From IMG/VR virus record IMGVR_UViG_3300037311_000130: a stretch of 46,057 nucleotides of DNA; one strand, given 5' to 3'. Below the pieces are notes generated by a model that had not been told where the DNA came from, did no database searches, and saw only the letters and a list, made by a program, of their open reading frames with translations. This document shows positions 8,736 through 17,820 of the stretch, piece after piece; the first letter of the stretch is position 1, and the number at the start of each line of letters is the position of its first letter. The position numbers were made by a program, and so were the translations under genes. The stretch is from a virus.

Positions 8736-9178
8736 GCAACCGACTCGAAACCCTGATGCGGAAGTGTGGCCGCATCCTCCAAGACCAGCAGATCGCGCGG
8801 CTCTTCAAGGTGCCGGAGGAGATGCAGCAGACGCCCTGCGACTTCTTCGGCTACACGCGCACCGGCCGCGCCATCCTGATCGAGTGCAAGATGGTGAAGC
8901 GAACGGCGCTACCGATCGGCGATTCACCAGGTCTGCAGCCGCACCAGTGGTGCGAGCTCGAAGACGCGCACCGTGCCGGCGCGCTGTCGCTGATCGCGTG
9001 GTCGCCGTCGCCGGAGGCCGTCGCCGTGTTCAGCTGGGCGCAGGCGGCGCAGTGGGCGGCCGGCCGCGCCTCGATCCCCTGGAAGGGGATCCCGACCGCC
9101 CTGCACCGCGATCTGACCGACATGGGGGCGGCCAGCCTTCTCAGCTGGTGGCTGCCGCCGATCAGCGCAGCGAAGTGA
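8732..9178 (+). CDS. RecU-like / PD-(D/E)xK Holliday-junction resolvase (148 aa)
   Basis: ATGA overlap at 8732-8735. DFFGYTRTGRAILIECKMVK fits the D...E.K nuclease core arrangement recalled for RecU-type resolvases. Confidence 0.7.
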   Translation: MSNRLETLMRKCGRILQDQQIARLFKVPEEMQQTPCDFFGYTRTGRAILIECKMVKRTALPIGDSPGLQPHQWCELEDAHRAGALSLIAWSPSPEAVAVFSWAQAAQWAAGRASIPWKGIPTALHRDLTDMGAASLLSWWLPPISAAK

Positions 9179-9179
9179 T

Positions 9180-9200
9180 GGGGCGGCGTCGCACCGCCCC
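9180..9200. terminator. GC hairpin GGGGCGG-cgtcgca-CCGCCCC at the convergence point of the two arms
   Basis: Perfect 7-bp stem 2 nt after the 9178 stop. There is no U-tract, so it may act bidirectionally or only as an RNA-stability element. Confidence 0.4.
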
Positions 9201-9369
9201 GGCTCCCACAGGTTAACTCGGCCCTCGGCACCCGGAGCTGGGGCCTTGGATATCACCCGCCGAGCTGGGGGCTGGATCGGCTACGTGGACGCCGCCAGCA
9301 GACGCCGCGGTGGGCAATCCAGCATAACTGCTGGGGTACCACCGGCCACGACCGCCTTATGCACGCACT

Positions 9370-11175
9370 CTATCGCAGCAGCAGCTCGGGCGGCAACCAC
9401 CTAGCGTTGCCTTCGGCGTCCTGCACGATCTGCTCCCACACCGCCTTCGCCTTCGGGTGGTCCGGCTGGTGCTTCAACACGGTGGCGACGGCGAGCGGCA
9501 TCCATTCGACGGCGAAGAAGCCGCTGCGCGTGCGCTGCGTGCCGTCGACGCTCTGGTGCTCGTACTCCACCCACCGGCCGCCTTCGAACGCCCAGCCGGC
9601 GTCGACGACCTTCAAGGCGGCGCGCAGCGCCATCTGCCGCCCCTCCGGGTGCCCGATCAGCTCGCTCGCCCAGTCGGCGCCGTAGGCGCCGAGCGCCTGC
9701 TGCCAGAGCTGCCACCAGCGGCCGGGGCCGAGCCGCGGATCGTTCTCGACCTCCACCCAGATGTCCTTGGCGGCCAGCTGGTTGATGAGCACCTGCTCGA
9801 GCCGGCGGCGCCAGTGGAGGCGAACCCTCTCCGCGAGCCGGCGGTCGCCCAGGGCCCGATCGAGCCCACGGACGAGGAAGCCCTCCCACCCGATCTCGCG
9901 GCTCGACCAGATCGCCGCCGCGGCCGTGCCGGGCGTGATGCCGGCCTGCAGCATGTAGTTTCGGGCGGCGTGCTCAAGCAGGCGCTGCGTCGCCGGCGAG
10001 CCGGTCGCCCTGGCGCCGGCGACCAAGCTGGCGACCGTCCAGTGCTGCGCGTCCGGCCCGTTCCACCCGGACGCCTCGGAAATCAGCAGCTCGCGCGGCT
10101 TGCCGAGCGTCTCGCTGCAGCTGCGGTGGGGCCTCGAGAAGTAGAAGCACAAGTGCGGGTGCAGGTCCGGGTCGACGATCGACCCCCACGTCTCGAGGTG
10201 GTGCGACGGGTGCTGCGCCGTCTTCAAGGCGACCAAGTAGCGCAGGAGCGCCGCCGGCGCACCGTCGGGCAGGTTCAGCTCCCTGGCGGCGAAACCCTGG
10301 TCCTCCTGGCCGCCAGTCTGTGCCGTGTTCGCCGCCGGGCCCAGCGACGGCGCTTCCCACGAGTGCAGCTGCCGCATCGCCGCCGGCAGGTTCGTGGCGA
10401 CGAACGAGCGCACGTTGTAGCTGGCCGGGAAGACCACCCGCTCGTTCAAGCCGCAGCCGACGACGCCGAGCTCGGCCGCAGCGCCGATCGAGGCCCAGTC
10501 CGAGGCGCCCTGCAGGTGGCGCGTCCAGATCAGGACGAACGGCACCGCGCGGCACTGACCGTCGCCGAACGACGTGCCTGGCGCCACCAGCGGCTTGCCG
10601 AAGCCGGCACCGGGCATCACCACCCACGCATCGCCGAAGCGCAGCAGGAAGTCGCCGGCCGTGTCGGTCATGTCCGGCACGTTGGCGTAGCTGGCGGTCA
10701 CGATCGCTTCGCCGGACGCCCACGCCTGCCCCGGCCACCAGCGCAGGTAGAGGTCGACGTCGAAGAGTCGCGGCGACCGGCCGCGCAGGCGCACGCGGTA
10801 GGCAGCAGCGTCCTCGCGCAGCTCCGTGATCGTGAGGCGGGTGTTGCCGACCTCGACGACGCCGCCGAAGTAGCCGATGGGGTCGGCCGGCAGCGGCGGC
10901 CGGGCCCACGTCGCCGGCGTCGGCGCCGACAGGTCGATCGTGCGGCGCTCGCCGGCCTGCAGGCTGACCTGCAAGTCGATCGTCCAGACGTCGCCGATGT
11001 TGTCGCCGACGACGAACAGCACGCCGCCGGCGTAGCCGGTGGTGCGGCTCGGAAGCTGGTCGACCGTCGCGCGCAGCCAGCCGGTGTAGGGCACCGACGA
11101 CAGGTTCTCGACGCGGACGGTCTGAGCGGGGAGTGCTGCCAGGAACAGCAGCAACGACAGGATGGCTCTCAGCAT
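9370..11175 (-). CDS. Secreted 601-aa protein of unknown function, last gene of the late arm (candidate lysis or glycan-degrading enzyme)
   Basis: The internal ATG at 11175 gives MLRAILSLLLFLAALPAQTV, which is signal-peptide-like. The upstream part of ORF 9370..11241 is Arg-rich junk. The protein is Trp-rich with no lysozyme, amidase or transglycosylase motif recognised. Confidence 0.8.
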   Translation of the reverse strand: MLRAILSLLLFLAALPAQTVRVENLSSVPYTGWLRATVDQLPSRTTGYAGGVLFVVGDNIGDVWTIDLQVSLQAGERRTIDLSAPTPATWARPPLPADPIGYFGGVVEVGNTRLTITELREDAAAYRVRLRGRSPRLFDVDLYLRWWPGQAWASGEAIVTASYANVPDMTDTAGDFLLRFGDAWVVMPGAGFGKPLVAPGTSFGDGQCRAVPFVLIWTRHLQGASDWASIGAAAELGVVGCGLNERVVFPASYNVRSFVATNLPAAMRQLHSWEAPSLGPAANTAQTGGQEDQGFAARELNLPDGAPAALLRYLVALKTAQHPSHHLETWGSIVDPDLHPHLCFYFSRPHRSCSETLGKPRELLISEASGWNGPDAQHWTVASLVAGARATGSPATQRLLEHAARNYMLQAGITPGTAAAAIWSSREIGWEGFLVRGLDRALGDRRLAERVRLHWRRRLEQVLINQLAAKDIWVEVENDPRLGPGRWWQLWQQALGAYGADWASELIGHPEGRQMALRAALKVVDAGWAFEGGRWVEYEHQSVDGTQRTRSGFFAVEWMPLAVATVLKHQPDHPKAKAVWEQIVQDAEGNARWLPPELLLR

Positions 11176-11306
11176 CAGTTCTTCGTGACGTACACGGCCA
11201 CAAGAGCCGTGAGCACGAAGAAGCATGCCGTTGCCAAGCAACCGAACAAGAAACCGCGGAAGAACCTCGTGCCATCGAGGTGCAGGTCTTCGTCTTCACG
11301 CTCCAC
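11175..11306 (-). CDS. Small membrane protein (43 aa), hypothetical
   Basis: A GTG at 11306 gives VEREDEDLHLDGTRFFRGFLFGCLATACFFVLTALVAVYVTKN*. Its TGA overlaps the next ATG by 1 nt. The start is uncertain (another GTG lies at 11324). Confidence 0.45.
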   Translation of the reverse strand: MEREDEDLHLDGTRFFRGFLFGCLATACFFVLTALVAVYVTKN

Positions 11307-11508
11307 GACGGTTTTCCATCTCACGGCGCAGCTCCTTGATCTCGTCCCGCAGGTCTTCGACGACCTTGGTGTTCGATGCGACGGTGGTGCTGAACGTGCT
11401 GAGGATCGCAAACAGCTGCGGCGCTCCGGTCTGCGTCACCCACCAGATCAGGTAGGAGAGCAAGCCAAGGGCGGCCGACTGCACGACCAGCTGAACGAAT
11501 GGCTCCAT
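11296..11508 (-). CDS. Membrane protein (70 aa): N-terminal TM helix plus a charged coiled C-terminus (holin- or i-spanin-like)
   Basis: MEPFVQLVVQSAALGLLSYLIWWVTQ followed by VEDLRDEIKELRREMENRRGA. The ATG overlaps the upstream stop by 1 nt. Confidence 0.7.
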   Translation of the reverse strand: MEPFVQLVVQSAALGLLSYLIWWVTQTGAPQLFAILSTFSTTVASNTKVVEDLRDEIKELRREMENRRGA

Positions 11509-11780
11509 CAGCCGATGAGCGCCTTCGTCAGCACGGCCGACAGGGAGGCAGCGATTCGCTCGGTGATGACGGCGCCGGCCTGCCGCCGCGCGACTTCGCC
11601 CAGGTTCGACGCCTGCGCGCGCAGGTGGAACTGCTCCTTCTCGACGTCCTCGCCGGCGAGCGCGCGCGCCGAGAGCTCGGTGCCGCGGACCGTGATCCTG
11701 GTGATCAGCTCGATCGACTTCGGGTCCGTGATGCCCGTGCGCTTCACGATCTCGTCGACGGTGCCCTTGACGTCGATCAT
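11508..11780 (-). CDS. Hypothetical protein (90 aa)
   Basis: ATGA overlap at 11777-11780. Protein starts MIDVKGTVDEIVKRTGITDPKSIELITRITVRG. Confidence 0.7.
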   Translation of the reverse strand: MIDVKGTVDEIVKRTGITDPKSIELITRITVRGTELSARALAGEDVEKEQFHLRAQASNLGEVARRQAGAVITERIAASLSAVLTKALIG

Positions 11781-11983
11781 CGCGCCACCGTCCCCGCGAA
11801 CGCGCGCATGCGCCACGTCTCGACCGTGTCACGGCGGCTGATCTTCTGCGCCTCCGTCAGAGCCGGGTCGCGCTCGACGTACTGCAGGTACTCTGGCGCG
11901 ACGGCGCTGTAGGTGTCCTGTTCGGCTTGGGAGGGACCGGCGCAGCTGCAGAGCAGGAGCGCCACGAGGATCAGCGTCTTCAT
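11777..11983 (-). CDS. Putative lipoprotein (68 aa), o-spanin-like by position
   Basis: MKTLILVALLLCSCAGPSQ is a signal peptide with a lipobox-like L-C-S-C. The ATG overlaps the stop of the 1943-aa gene (ATGA). Confidence 0.65.
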   Translation of the reverse strand: MKTLILVALLLCSCAGPSQAEQDTYSAVAPEYLQYVERDPALTEAQKISRRDTVETWRMRAFAGTVAR

Positions 11984-14900
11984 CTCGACCTCTCAACCAG
12001 GGGGCGCGCCAGCTCGTATGCCCGGCGCTCGGCGTCAGCGGCGCTGATCTTTCCAGCTTGGCGATCCTTCCGCAAGGCGCTGATCCGCTCCTTCACCGCC
12101 TCGACGCGCGACCGCAGGCCGCGCTCCTGGCCGGTCAGGCTGTCGCTGCGCTGCTCGAGGTCCAACGACAGCCGGTAGAGCTGGTCGACGAAGGCACTGT
12201 TGCCGTGCGGCGTCTGCGAGAAGAACCTGTCCCACGGCATCGGGGAGCCGAGCGGGTGCTTCTTCAAGCCCGTCATCTCGTCGACGAACCGCATCGCCCG
12301 CGTCGTGGCGCCGGCGGTGTAGCCGCCGAGCATGTGCTCCACCTCGATCGGCGTCAGCCACCCTCCGATCGCCTTGCTGAGAATGCGCGCCGAGGCCGTC
12401 GTGTAGGTGGTCATCTGCTCGTCGCGCGGCATCGACCTGGCGATCCACTCCGGCGTCAGCGGCCGGCCGCGGAAGAAGTCGTAGTTGGCCTGCGACTCCA
12501 AAAGCGGTCGGATAACCGCAGGGAGGAAAGCCCCGACGCCCTCCATGTAGCTCATGCCGACGACCTTGGCGATCTCCTTCATCTGCACCGGGTTCGCCTT
12601 CGGCAGCTGCTCGTCGAGCAGGCGCTCCGGCAGCGTGCCGAAGATCGCGCCGGCTTCAAAGGGCTTGGGGATCGAAACGATCTCGTCGCCCATCTTCACG
12701 TTCCAGTAGTTGATGCGGCGCCACTCCGGCAGATCCTGATACCAGTCCTCGTCCTTGTTCATCAGCCAGAGCATCACGGTCGGCATCGTGATCGAGGCGA
12801 GGCCGTTCAGCAGCGTCGCACGCTGTACGCGCGCCTTCGCTTCGTCGCCCTTCACGTCGCCGCCCCACAGCAGCTGGCCGAAGAACTTGCGCTTGCCGAC
12901 GAGCCCCGCGTTGAAGTAGGGGATCATCTGGTTCAGCACGCGCGACACGATGCCGGCGCGCGCGAAGTTCATCAGTTCCTTGCCGGCTTCGAGCGCCTCA
13001 AGCCGCGCCTGGATCTCCGGCTTCCCCGCGCTGCGCGCCGCTTGGTAGGCGTCCTTGAACGCCGCCATGCGCAGGTAGTTCTCCGGGTGCGAGAAGAACT
13101 CCTGGATGCGCCCGGTCAGCTCGAGGAACTTCGTGCGGAAGCCGCTGGTCTGGCCGGCGACCTCGCGCCGCACCCCTTCGTTGAAGAAGCTCGACGTCTT
13201 CACGCCGAGCTCTTCGTAGAGCTGCCGCATCTCGCCGCCCTTGTGGTACTCGATGGCACCGCGGATCACGTCGACGAAGCCGCCGAACGGCCTGAACTTG
13301 CCTTCGCGGTCGAAGAGCGGCTTCGACAGCGCGTCGCGGATCAGGTTCGCGGCAACGAAGCCAGGCGACGTGCCGGTGGCGAAGAAGCGCACCATGTCAC
13401 GCGGCGCCTGCACGATCGACATGATCGGCTGTGCCCACTCCGGCAGCTGCGGCATCTTGTCGATACCCATGAGCGACTCGTAGACCTTCGGGTCGACCTC
13501 AAGCCACTGCAGCTTGTTGTTCTGGTCCTCGAGGGTCTTCCGGTGCGCGCCTTGCTTCACCAGCGCGTCGACCTCGGCGGCGGTCAGCCGCGGCGTGAAG
13601 GCGATGACGCTGCGCTCGCCGGTCGGCGCCGTCTTCTGCGTGAACAGCGTGACGATGTCGAGGCCGGCCTGCTTGTCGAGCGCGCGCATCACGTCGAAGA
13701 AGTCGAGCCCGGTCGCCTGCTTGGCGATGTCGCGCAGCATCTCCGGCGTCGCCTTCTCGAGCGCGTCGATCACCTGCCGAGCCGGGTGGTTCTGCGGCAC
13801 CTTGGAGCGCGGGATGACCGTGGCGAGGCCGCCCGCCTCCTGGCCGAAGGCCATCTTGTAGAGCGCGCTCATCACCTGCGTCTGATGCGCTTTCGCGATC
13901 ATCGTCTGCGCCACCTCCTGCAGTGCCACAAGCGGGTCGCGGATCTCGAGCGTGCTGCCCTTGATCGACGTAATGCCACTGCCTCGCTCGGCGACGCCGC
14001 GGCCTTGGCCGTGCTGCTGCGGCCCGTCGACGGCGCGGAAGAACGGGATGTAGAGGCTGTAGGTGTTCTTGAGGTTCTGCGCCGTCTTGGCGTCGATCGC
14101 GCCTGCACCTTCGACGATGTCGACGAGAGCGTCGGTCCAACGCTTCAAGCCGGCCGCGGCCTCGGTGACGCGCGGGTCGCGCTCGGCGACGCGCTTCATC
14201 GTCTCCGCGTAGTCTCGCTCCGGCAGCTGGATCTTCTTTCCCTGCTTGGAGAGCTCGAGGTTGCGCACGCTGACCAGGTACTTCACGAGGTCTTTGGACT
14301 TTCCACGGAACGGCTCGAGCACCTCGCGCAGTCCGGGGACGTGGCCGGAAGGCGTGCGGATGCCCTGCATGATGTAGTGCTCGGCCTGCTTGCCGGCGGT
14401 CATGCGCAGCGTGTCGAACAGGCGCGCCGGGTCGTCGGTGATCTGCACGTCCTCCGGCTTCCTGCCGGCCGCCTCAAGGTAGCGATCCTGCGCGCGCTTC
14501 ATGTCGACCATGTCGTCGAAGAACGACTTGGTCACGACGTCGGAGATGCGCTGCACGAGCGGAGGCTTCTGAGCCTTCTCGCTCGGCGTTTCCGGGTCAG
14601 TATCGAGAACAGTGCTCCTTTCTACGCGCGCCTCGCTGCCCTGCGCGTTGTAGTCGTAGAGCATCTTCTGGATGCGCTGGTACTGCGGTCGCAGCGCAGC
14701 CTGCTCCGGTGCCGCGAGCCACGCGCGCATCCACTTCGATGCGTTCGGCGTGCGAATGTCGAGCTCGGGGTCGCCGAGCAGGTTGCGCGCGTGCCACTCG
14801 GCCCAGGCTTCTGCCCACTGCGTGGTCTTCGGCAGCCTGTCGAAGCCGGGGTAGCCCTCGGCCATCATCGGGATCTCGGCCACGACCTCCTTCGGCAGCG

Positions 14901-17811
14901 ACGCCAGCTGCGCCTTCTCGGCCTTGATGAGATCCATGCCGCCGCGGTCGGCGATCGAGTGCCGCTGCATGGCGTGCGACCACTCGTGCGCCGCCACGGC
15001 GAGGTCGCGCGCGTCCTTGTTGCGCACGACGTTCTCGAAGAGCCGGAACACGCCGAGCGCCTTGCGCGCGTCGAGGTGGCCAGATCGCATCGCCGGCCGC
15101 ACCGGGTCACCGGGAGTGCCGAAGACGCGCTTCGAGGTGAACGGGATGCGGAAGCCCGGCGAGCCAGGTCGCCCCTGCATCTCGAGGATGATGTCGCTCG
15201 CGCGAGTGGCCTCACCATCCGTCGGCTCCACCTGCCGCGTCGGCGGGAACTGCAAGCTGCGGCCACCGCCGCGCTCGCCGCCCTTGCCGGCTTCGTACTC
15301 GGTGGCGACTGGCTCTACCGCTTCGACCGCGCGCTCGCTGGCGACGGGGCCTTCGGAGGGTTGGGCCCTTTCGGTGGCGACTTCGGTTTCGGGGGAGTAG
15401 GGCTTGCCGGCGTCTTTGGCTGCATCTGCGATCAGCTCCTGCAGGGGCATGCCGACCTTCTTCGCCATCGCGGCGAGGCCGTCGTAGTCCTCCTGCGGCA
15501 TCCAGTCTGGTTTCGCGACGGTCGGCTCGCCGGCGGCTGTTGCCGCCGCGCTCTTCGGCTTCCCCTGCACGCGCTCGGTCAGCGCACGCGCTTCGGCCAC
15601 CGCCGCTTCTTCTCGGGCTGACGGGCTTTCCGGGTAGTTGCCACCCTTCTCGGCCATGCGCCGCCTAGTCTCAGCGCGCACGTCGGTAGCCGTCATCTTG
15701 CCGGGATGCATCGAGGTGCCGACCTCGCCAGCCTCGAGCATCTCGTAGCGCGTCGCCAGCTCCTGCTCGGTCGCCTTGCGCTGGTTCTCGGTGAACTGCG
15801 TGACCGAGCTCTGCATGCGCTTCCAGTTGCGCATGTTGTTCATGTCGGTCAGCACGTCGAACCGCGCGCGCTGCTCCTTCGTCCAGCGGCCCTGCGTGCG
15901 CACCGCCTCGCGCAGCTGCCGCATCTCGGCCTTGACCGACTCGTTCCACTCGGCGTCGGTCATCCCCGACGACGCCTTCTCGATCTCGGCGCGCGCTTGG
16001 TCGACGACCTCCTTCGCCGGCCCGCGGTCGGTCTTGTACTCCCGCTGGTCGATCTCGCTGGTCAGCCTCTTCGACAGCTCGGTGCCGCGCTCGCGCTCGG
16101 CCGGGTCGGCGGAACGCGCCGCCTTCTGCGCCTGGCCAAGCTGCTCGAGGTCGATCTCGTCGCTAGGCGCCTTCGCCAGCTCCTCCGGCGTCGCCTTGCC
16201 GTCGGCCACCTTCTCGGCGAACTTCGCGCGCTCCTGGCCGCGCTGCACCTGCTCGGTGACGGCGTCGTAGCCAGCGGCGCCAGGGGTCGCGCGGCGGCCA
16301 CGCATCGCCATCGACAGCATCATCATGCCAGCCGCGTTCTTCGTGTAGGTCTGCCACGTCTCCTCGTTCGGGTTCTTGATGAAGCCCCACGCCGACGGCA
16401 ACAGGTCGGGAGCGAGGTGCTCGAGCGCGCCGAAGCCGACGCCTTCCATCGCGGCGCCGACCGTCTTCGCCACCCCTTCCGGCATGTTGGCGCGGTGGTG
16501 CGCCAGCCACTCCGTGCGGCGCCCCATGGCACCGATCGCCGTCAGCACCGGCGCCATCATCATCCCGTGCGCGAAAGCGTTGCGGTAGCCGTCGAGGCGG
16601 CCGTAGGCGGCTGCCTCGTAGGCGCCGTTGCCCACCGCCGCGCCGACGCCGCGACCCATGAGCTGGATGATCTTCAACGCGCGCTCGGACTGCCCGAGCC
16701 CGCCGGCGAGGCGCAGTCCTCCGAGGGACGCAAGGCCCTTGGAGGTGAGGGCCCCGAACATGGTCGCGCCGCCCCGCATCGCTGCGCCAGCAGGCACACC
16801 CATGCCGAGGCCGACACCGGCGATGCGCGCCGCGGAGTTGACGACGTGCTCGAAGCCGTTGCGGCTGGCGATCTCGAGCTCGCGCGTGCGCCCCATCTCC
16901 GCGACCGCGCGCTCGACGTTGCGACCCGTCGCCGAAGCCCACACCATCGTCATGCCGTCGACCAGCGACGGCACCTTGGCGCCGTTGTCGTAGAGCTTGC
17001 CGTCGGGCCCCTCGATGTAGTTGGTCGGCACCAGCGAGCCGATGTCCGGGCCGCCTAGCGCCTGCACCGCCTGGCGCCCCATGTCCCACCCGCCGACCAG
17101 CAGATCGGCCACCGCGCCAGTGGCACCCTCCGCGAGCTCCACGACCGGCTGCGTCACGGCGCCGACGACGCCGGTTTCCAGCTTCTGCTCGCCGCTGGCG
17201 AGGTAGCCCACGCCGCCGCCGCCGGCCTCGCGGTTCAGCCAGTCGGCGATCTTCTTCGTGCGCGGGTCGGTCCAGAACGACGTGCGCGGATCGACCGCCT
17301 TCATCTGCTGGTCGAGCTTCACCGCCATCTGGCGGATGTTCGCGACCTCGGTGGGATCGACCTGGACGGGCTTGAGCTGCTCCATCTGCAGCATCGCCTC
17401 CTCCTGGTTGCGCGGTTTCTTGATGAGCGTCGACTCGTTCTGCGCCTTGTAGCGATCGAAGACGCCGCGCATGAACTGGTTGACCTCGTTCCACCCGCTC
17501 TGCGGGTTCAGGAACACGGCCTCGTTCATCTGGCGATTCCGCTGCGCTTCGAACATGAAGCGCCGCTCGTTCTCGAGCTGCCACGGGATCGGGCCGCCGA
17601 TGCGCGGCGTCGTCGTCAGCGGGTCGAGGCCGCGAGCGACGACGTCGAGCGTGCCGTGCGCCGCCTGCCGCCGCGCGACCTGCATGTCGACGTCGCCGTC
17701 GTCGCCGGCCGCCGGGGCGCCGCCGGCGATAGTGGGCTTGGGGGCAGAAGACGAAGAAGCCCCGCTCATCCGGTCCACACCGGGAGCGAGGCGCGTGGGC
17801 ATGTCCGTCAT
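11980..17811 (-). CDS. Giant internal-virion / ejection-type polyvalent protein (1943 aa) with Gly-rich membrane segments and an HExxH zincin motif
   Basis: AGGAG lies 4 nt before the ATG. Residues about 330-505 hold repeated G/A/M-rich hydrophobic stretches (GVGLGMGVPAGAAMRGGATMFGAL..). AAHEWSHAMQ sits at nt 14974-14988. It occupies the gp16-like position after two smaller internal proteins. Confidence 0.85.
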   Translation of the reverse strand: MTDMPTRLAPGVDRMSGASSSSAPKPTIAGGAPAAGDDGDVDMQVARRQAAHGTLDVVARGLDPLTTTPRIGGPIPWQLENERRFMFEAQRNRQMNEAVFLNPQSGWNEVNQFMRGVFDRYKAQNESTLIKKPRNQEEAMLQMEQLKPVQVDPTEVANIRQMAVKLDQQMKAVDPRTSFWTDPRTKKIADWLNREAGGGGVGYLASGEQKLETGVVGAVTQPVVELAEGATGAVADLLVGGWDMGRQAVQALGGPDIGSLVPTNYIEGPDGKLYDNGAKVPSLVDGMTMVWASATGRNVERAVAEMGRTRELEIASRNGFEHVVNSAARIAGVGLGMGVPAGAAMRGGATMFGALTSKGLASLGGLRLAGGLGQSERALKIIQLMGRGVGAAVGNGAYEAAAYGRLDGYRNAFAHGMMMAPVLTAIGAMGRRTEWLAHHRANMPEGVAKTVGAAMEGVGFGALEHLAPDLLPSAWGFIKNPNEETWQTYTKNAAGMMMLSMAMRGRRATPGAAGYDAVTEQVQRGQERAKFAEKVADGKATPEELAKAPSDEIDLEQLGQAQKAARSADPAERERGTELSKRLTSEIDQREYKTDRGPAKEVVDQARAEIEKASSGMTDAEWNESVKAEMRQLREAVRTQGRWTKEQRARFDVLTDMNNMRNWKRMQSSVTQFTENQRKATEQELATRYEMLEAGEVGTSMHPGKMTATDVRAETRRRMAEKGGNYPESPSAREEAAVAEARALTERVQGKPKSAAATAAGEPTVAKPDWMPQEDYDGLAAMAKKVGMPLQELIADAAKDAGKPYSPETEVATERAQPSEGPVASERAVEAVEPVATEYEAGKGGERGGGRSLQFPPTRQVEPTDGEATRASDIILEMQGRPGSPGFRIPFTSKRVFGTPGDPVRPAMRSGHLDARKALGVFRLFENVVRNKDARDLAVAAHEWSHAMQRHSIADRGGMDLIKAEKAQLASLPKEVVAEIPMMAEGYPGFDRLPKTTQWAEAWAEWHARNLLGDPELDIRTPNASKWMRAWLAAPEQAALRPQYQRIQKMLYDYNAQGSEARVERSTVLDTDPETPSEKAQKPPLVQRISDVVTKSFFDDMVDMKRAQDRYLEAAGRKPEDVQITDDPARLFDTLRMTAGKQAEHYIMQGIRTPSGHVPGLREVLEPFRGKSKDLVKYLVSVRNLELSKQGKKIQLPERDYAETMKRVAERDPRVTEAAAGLKRWTDALVDIVEGAGAIDAKTAQNLKNTYSLYIPFFRAVDGPQQHGQGRGVAERGSGITSIKGSTLEIRDPLVALQEVAQTMIAKAHQTQVMSALYKMAFGQEAGGLATVIPRSKVPQNHPARQVIDALEKATPEMLRDIAKQATGLDFFDVMRALDKQAGLDIVTLFTQKTAPTGERSVIAFTPRLTAAEVDALVKQGAHRKTLEDQNNKLQWLEVDPKVYESLMGIDKMPQLPEWAQPIMSIVQAPRDMVRFFATGTSPGFVAANLIRDALSKPLFDREGKFRPFGGFVDVIRGAIEYHKGGEMRQLYEELGVKTSSFFNEGVRREVAGQTSGFRTKFLELTGRIQEFFSHPENYLRMAAFKDAYQAARSAGKPEIQARLEALEAGKELMNFARAGIVSRVLNQMIPYFNAGLVGKRKFFGQLLWGGDVKGDEAKARVQRATLLNGLASITMPTVMLWLMNKDEDWYQDLPEWRRINYWNVKMGDEIVSIPKPFEAGAIFGTLPERLLDEQLPKANPVQMKEIAKVVGMSYMEGVGAFLPAVIRPLLESQANYDFFRGRPLTPEWIARSMPRDEQMTTYTTASARILSKAIGGWLTPIEVEHMLGGYTAGATTRAMRFVDEMTGLKKHPLGSPMPWDRFFSQTPHGNSAFVDQLYRLSLDLEQRSDSLTGQERGLRSRVEAVKERISALRKDRQAGKISAADAERRAYELARPLVERSR

Positions 17812-17820
17812 GGTGCTCCT

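Noticed and set aside
9457-11841. 794-aa plus-strand ORF across the late terminal cassette, and 9974..11299(-).
   Set aside because: It is antisense or out of frame to ORFs that have a signal peptide, TM helices and coupled junctions. The sequence is low-complexity and R/A/P-rich.
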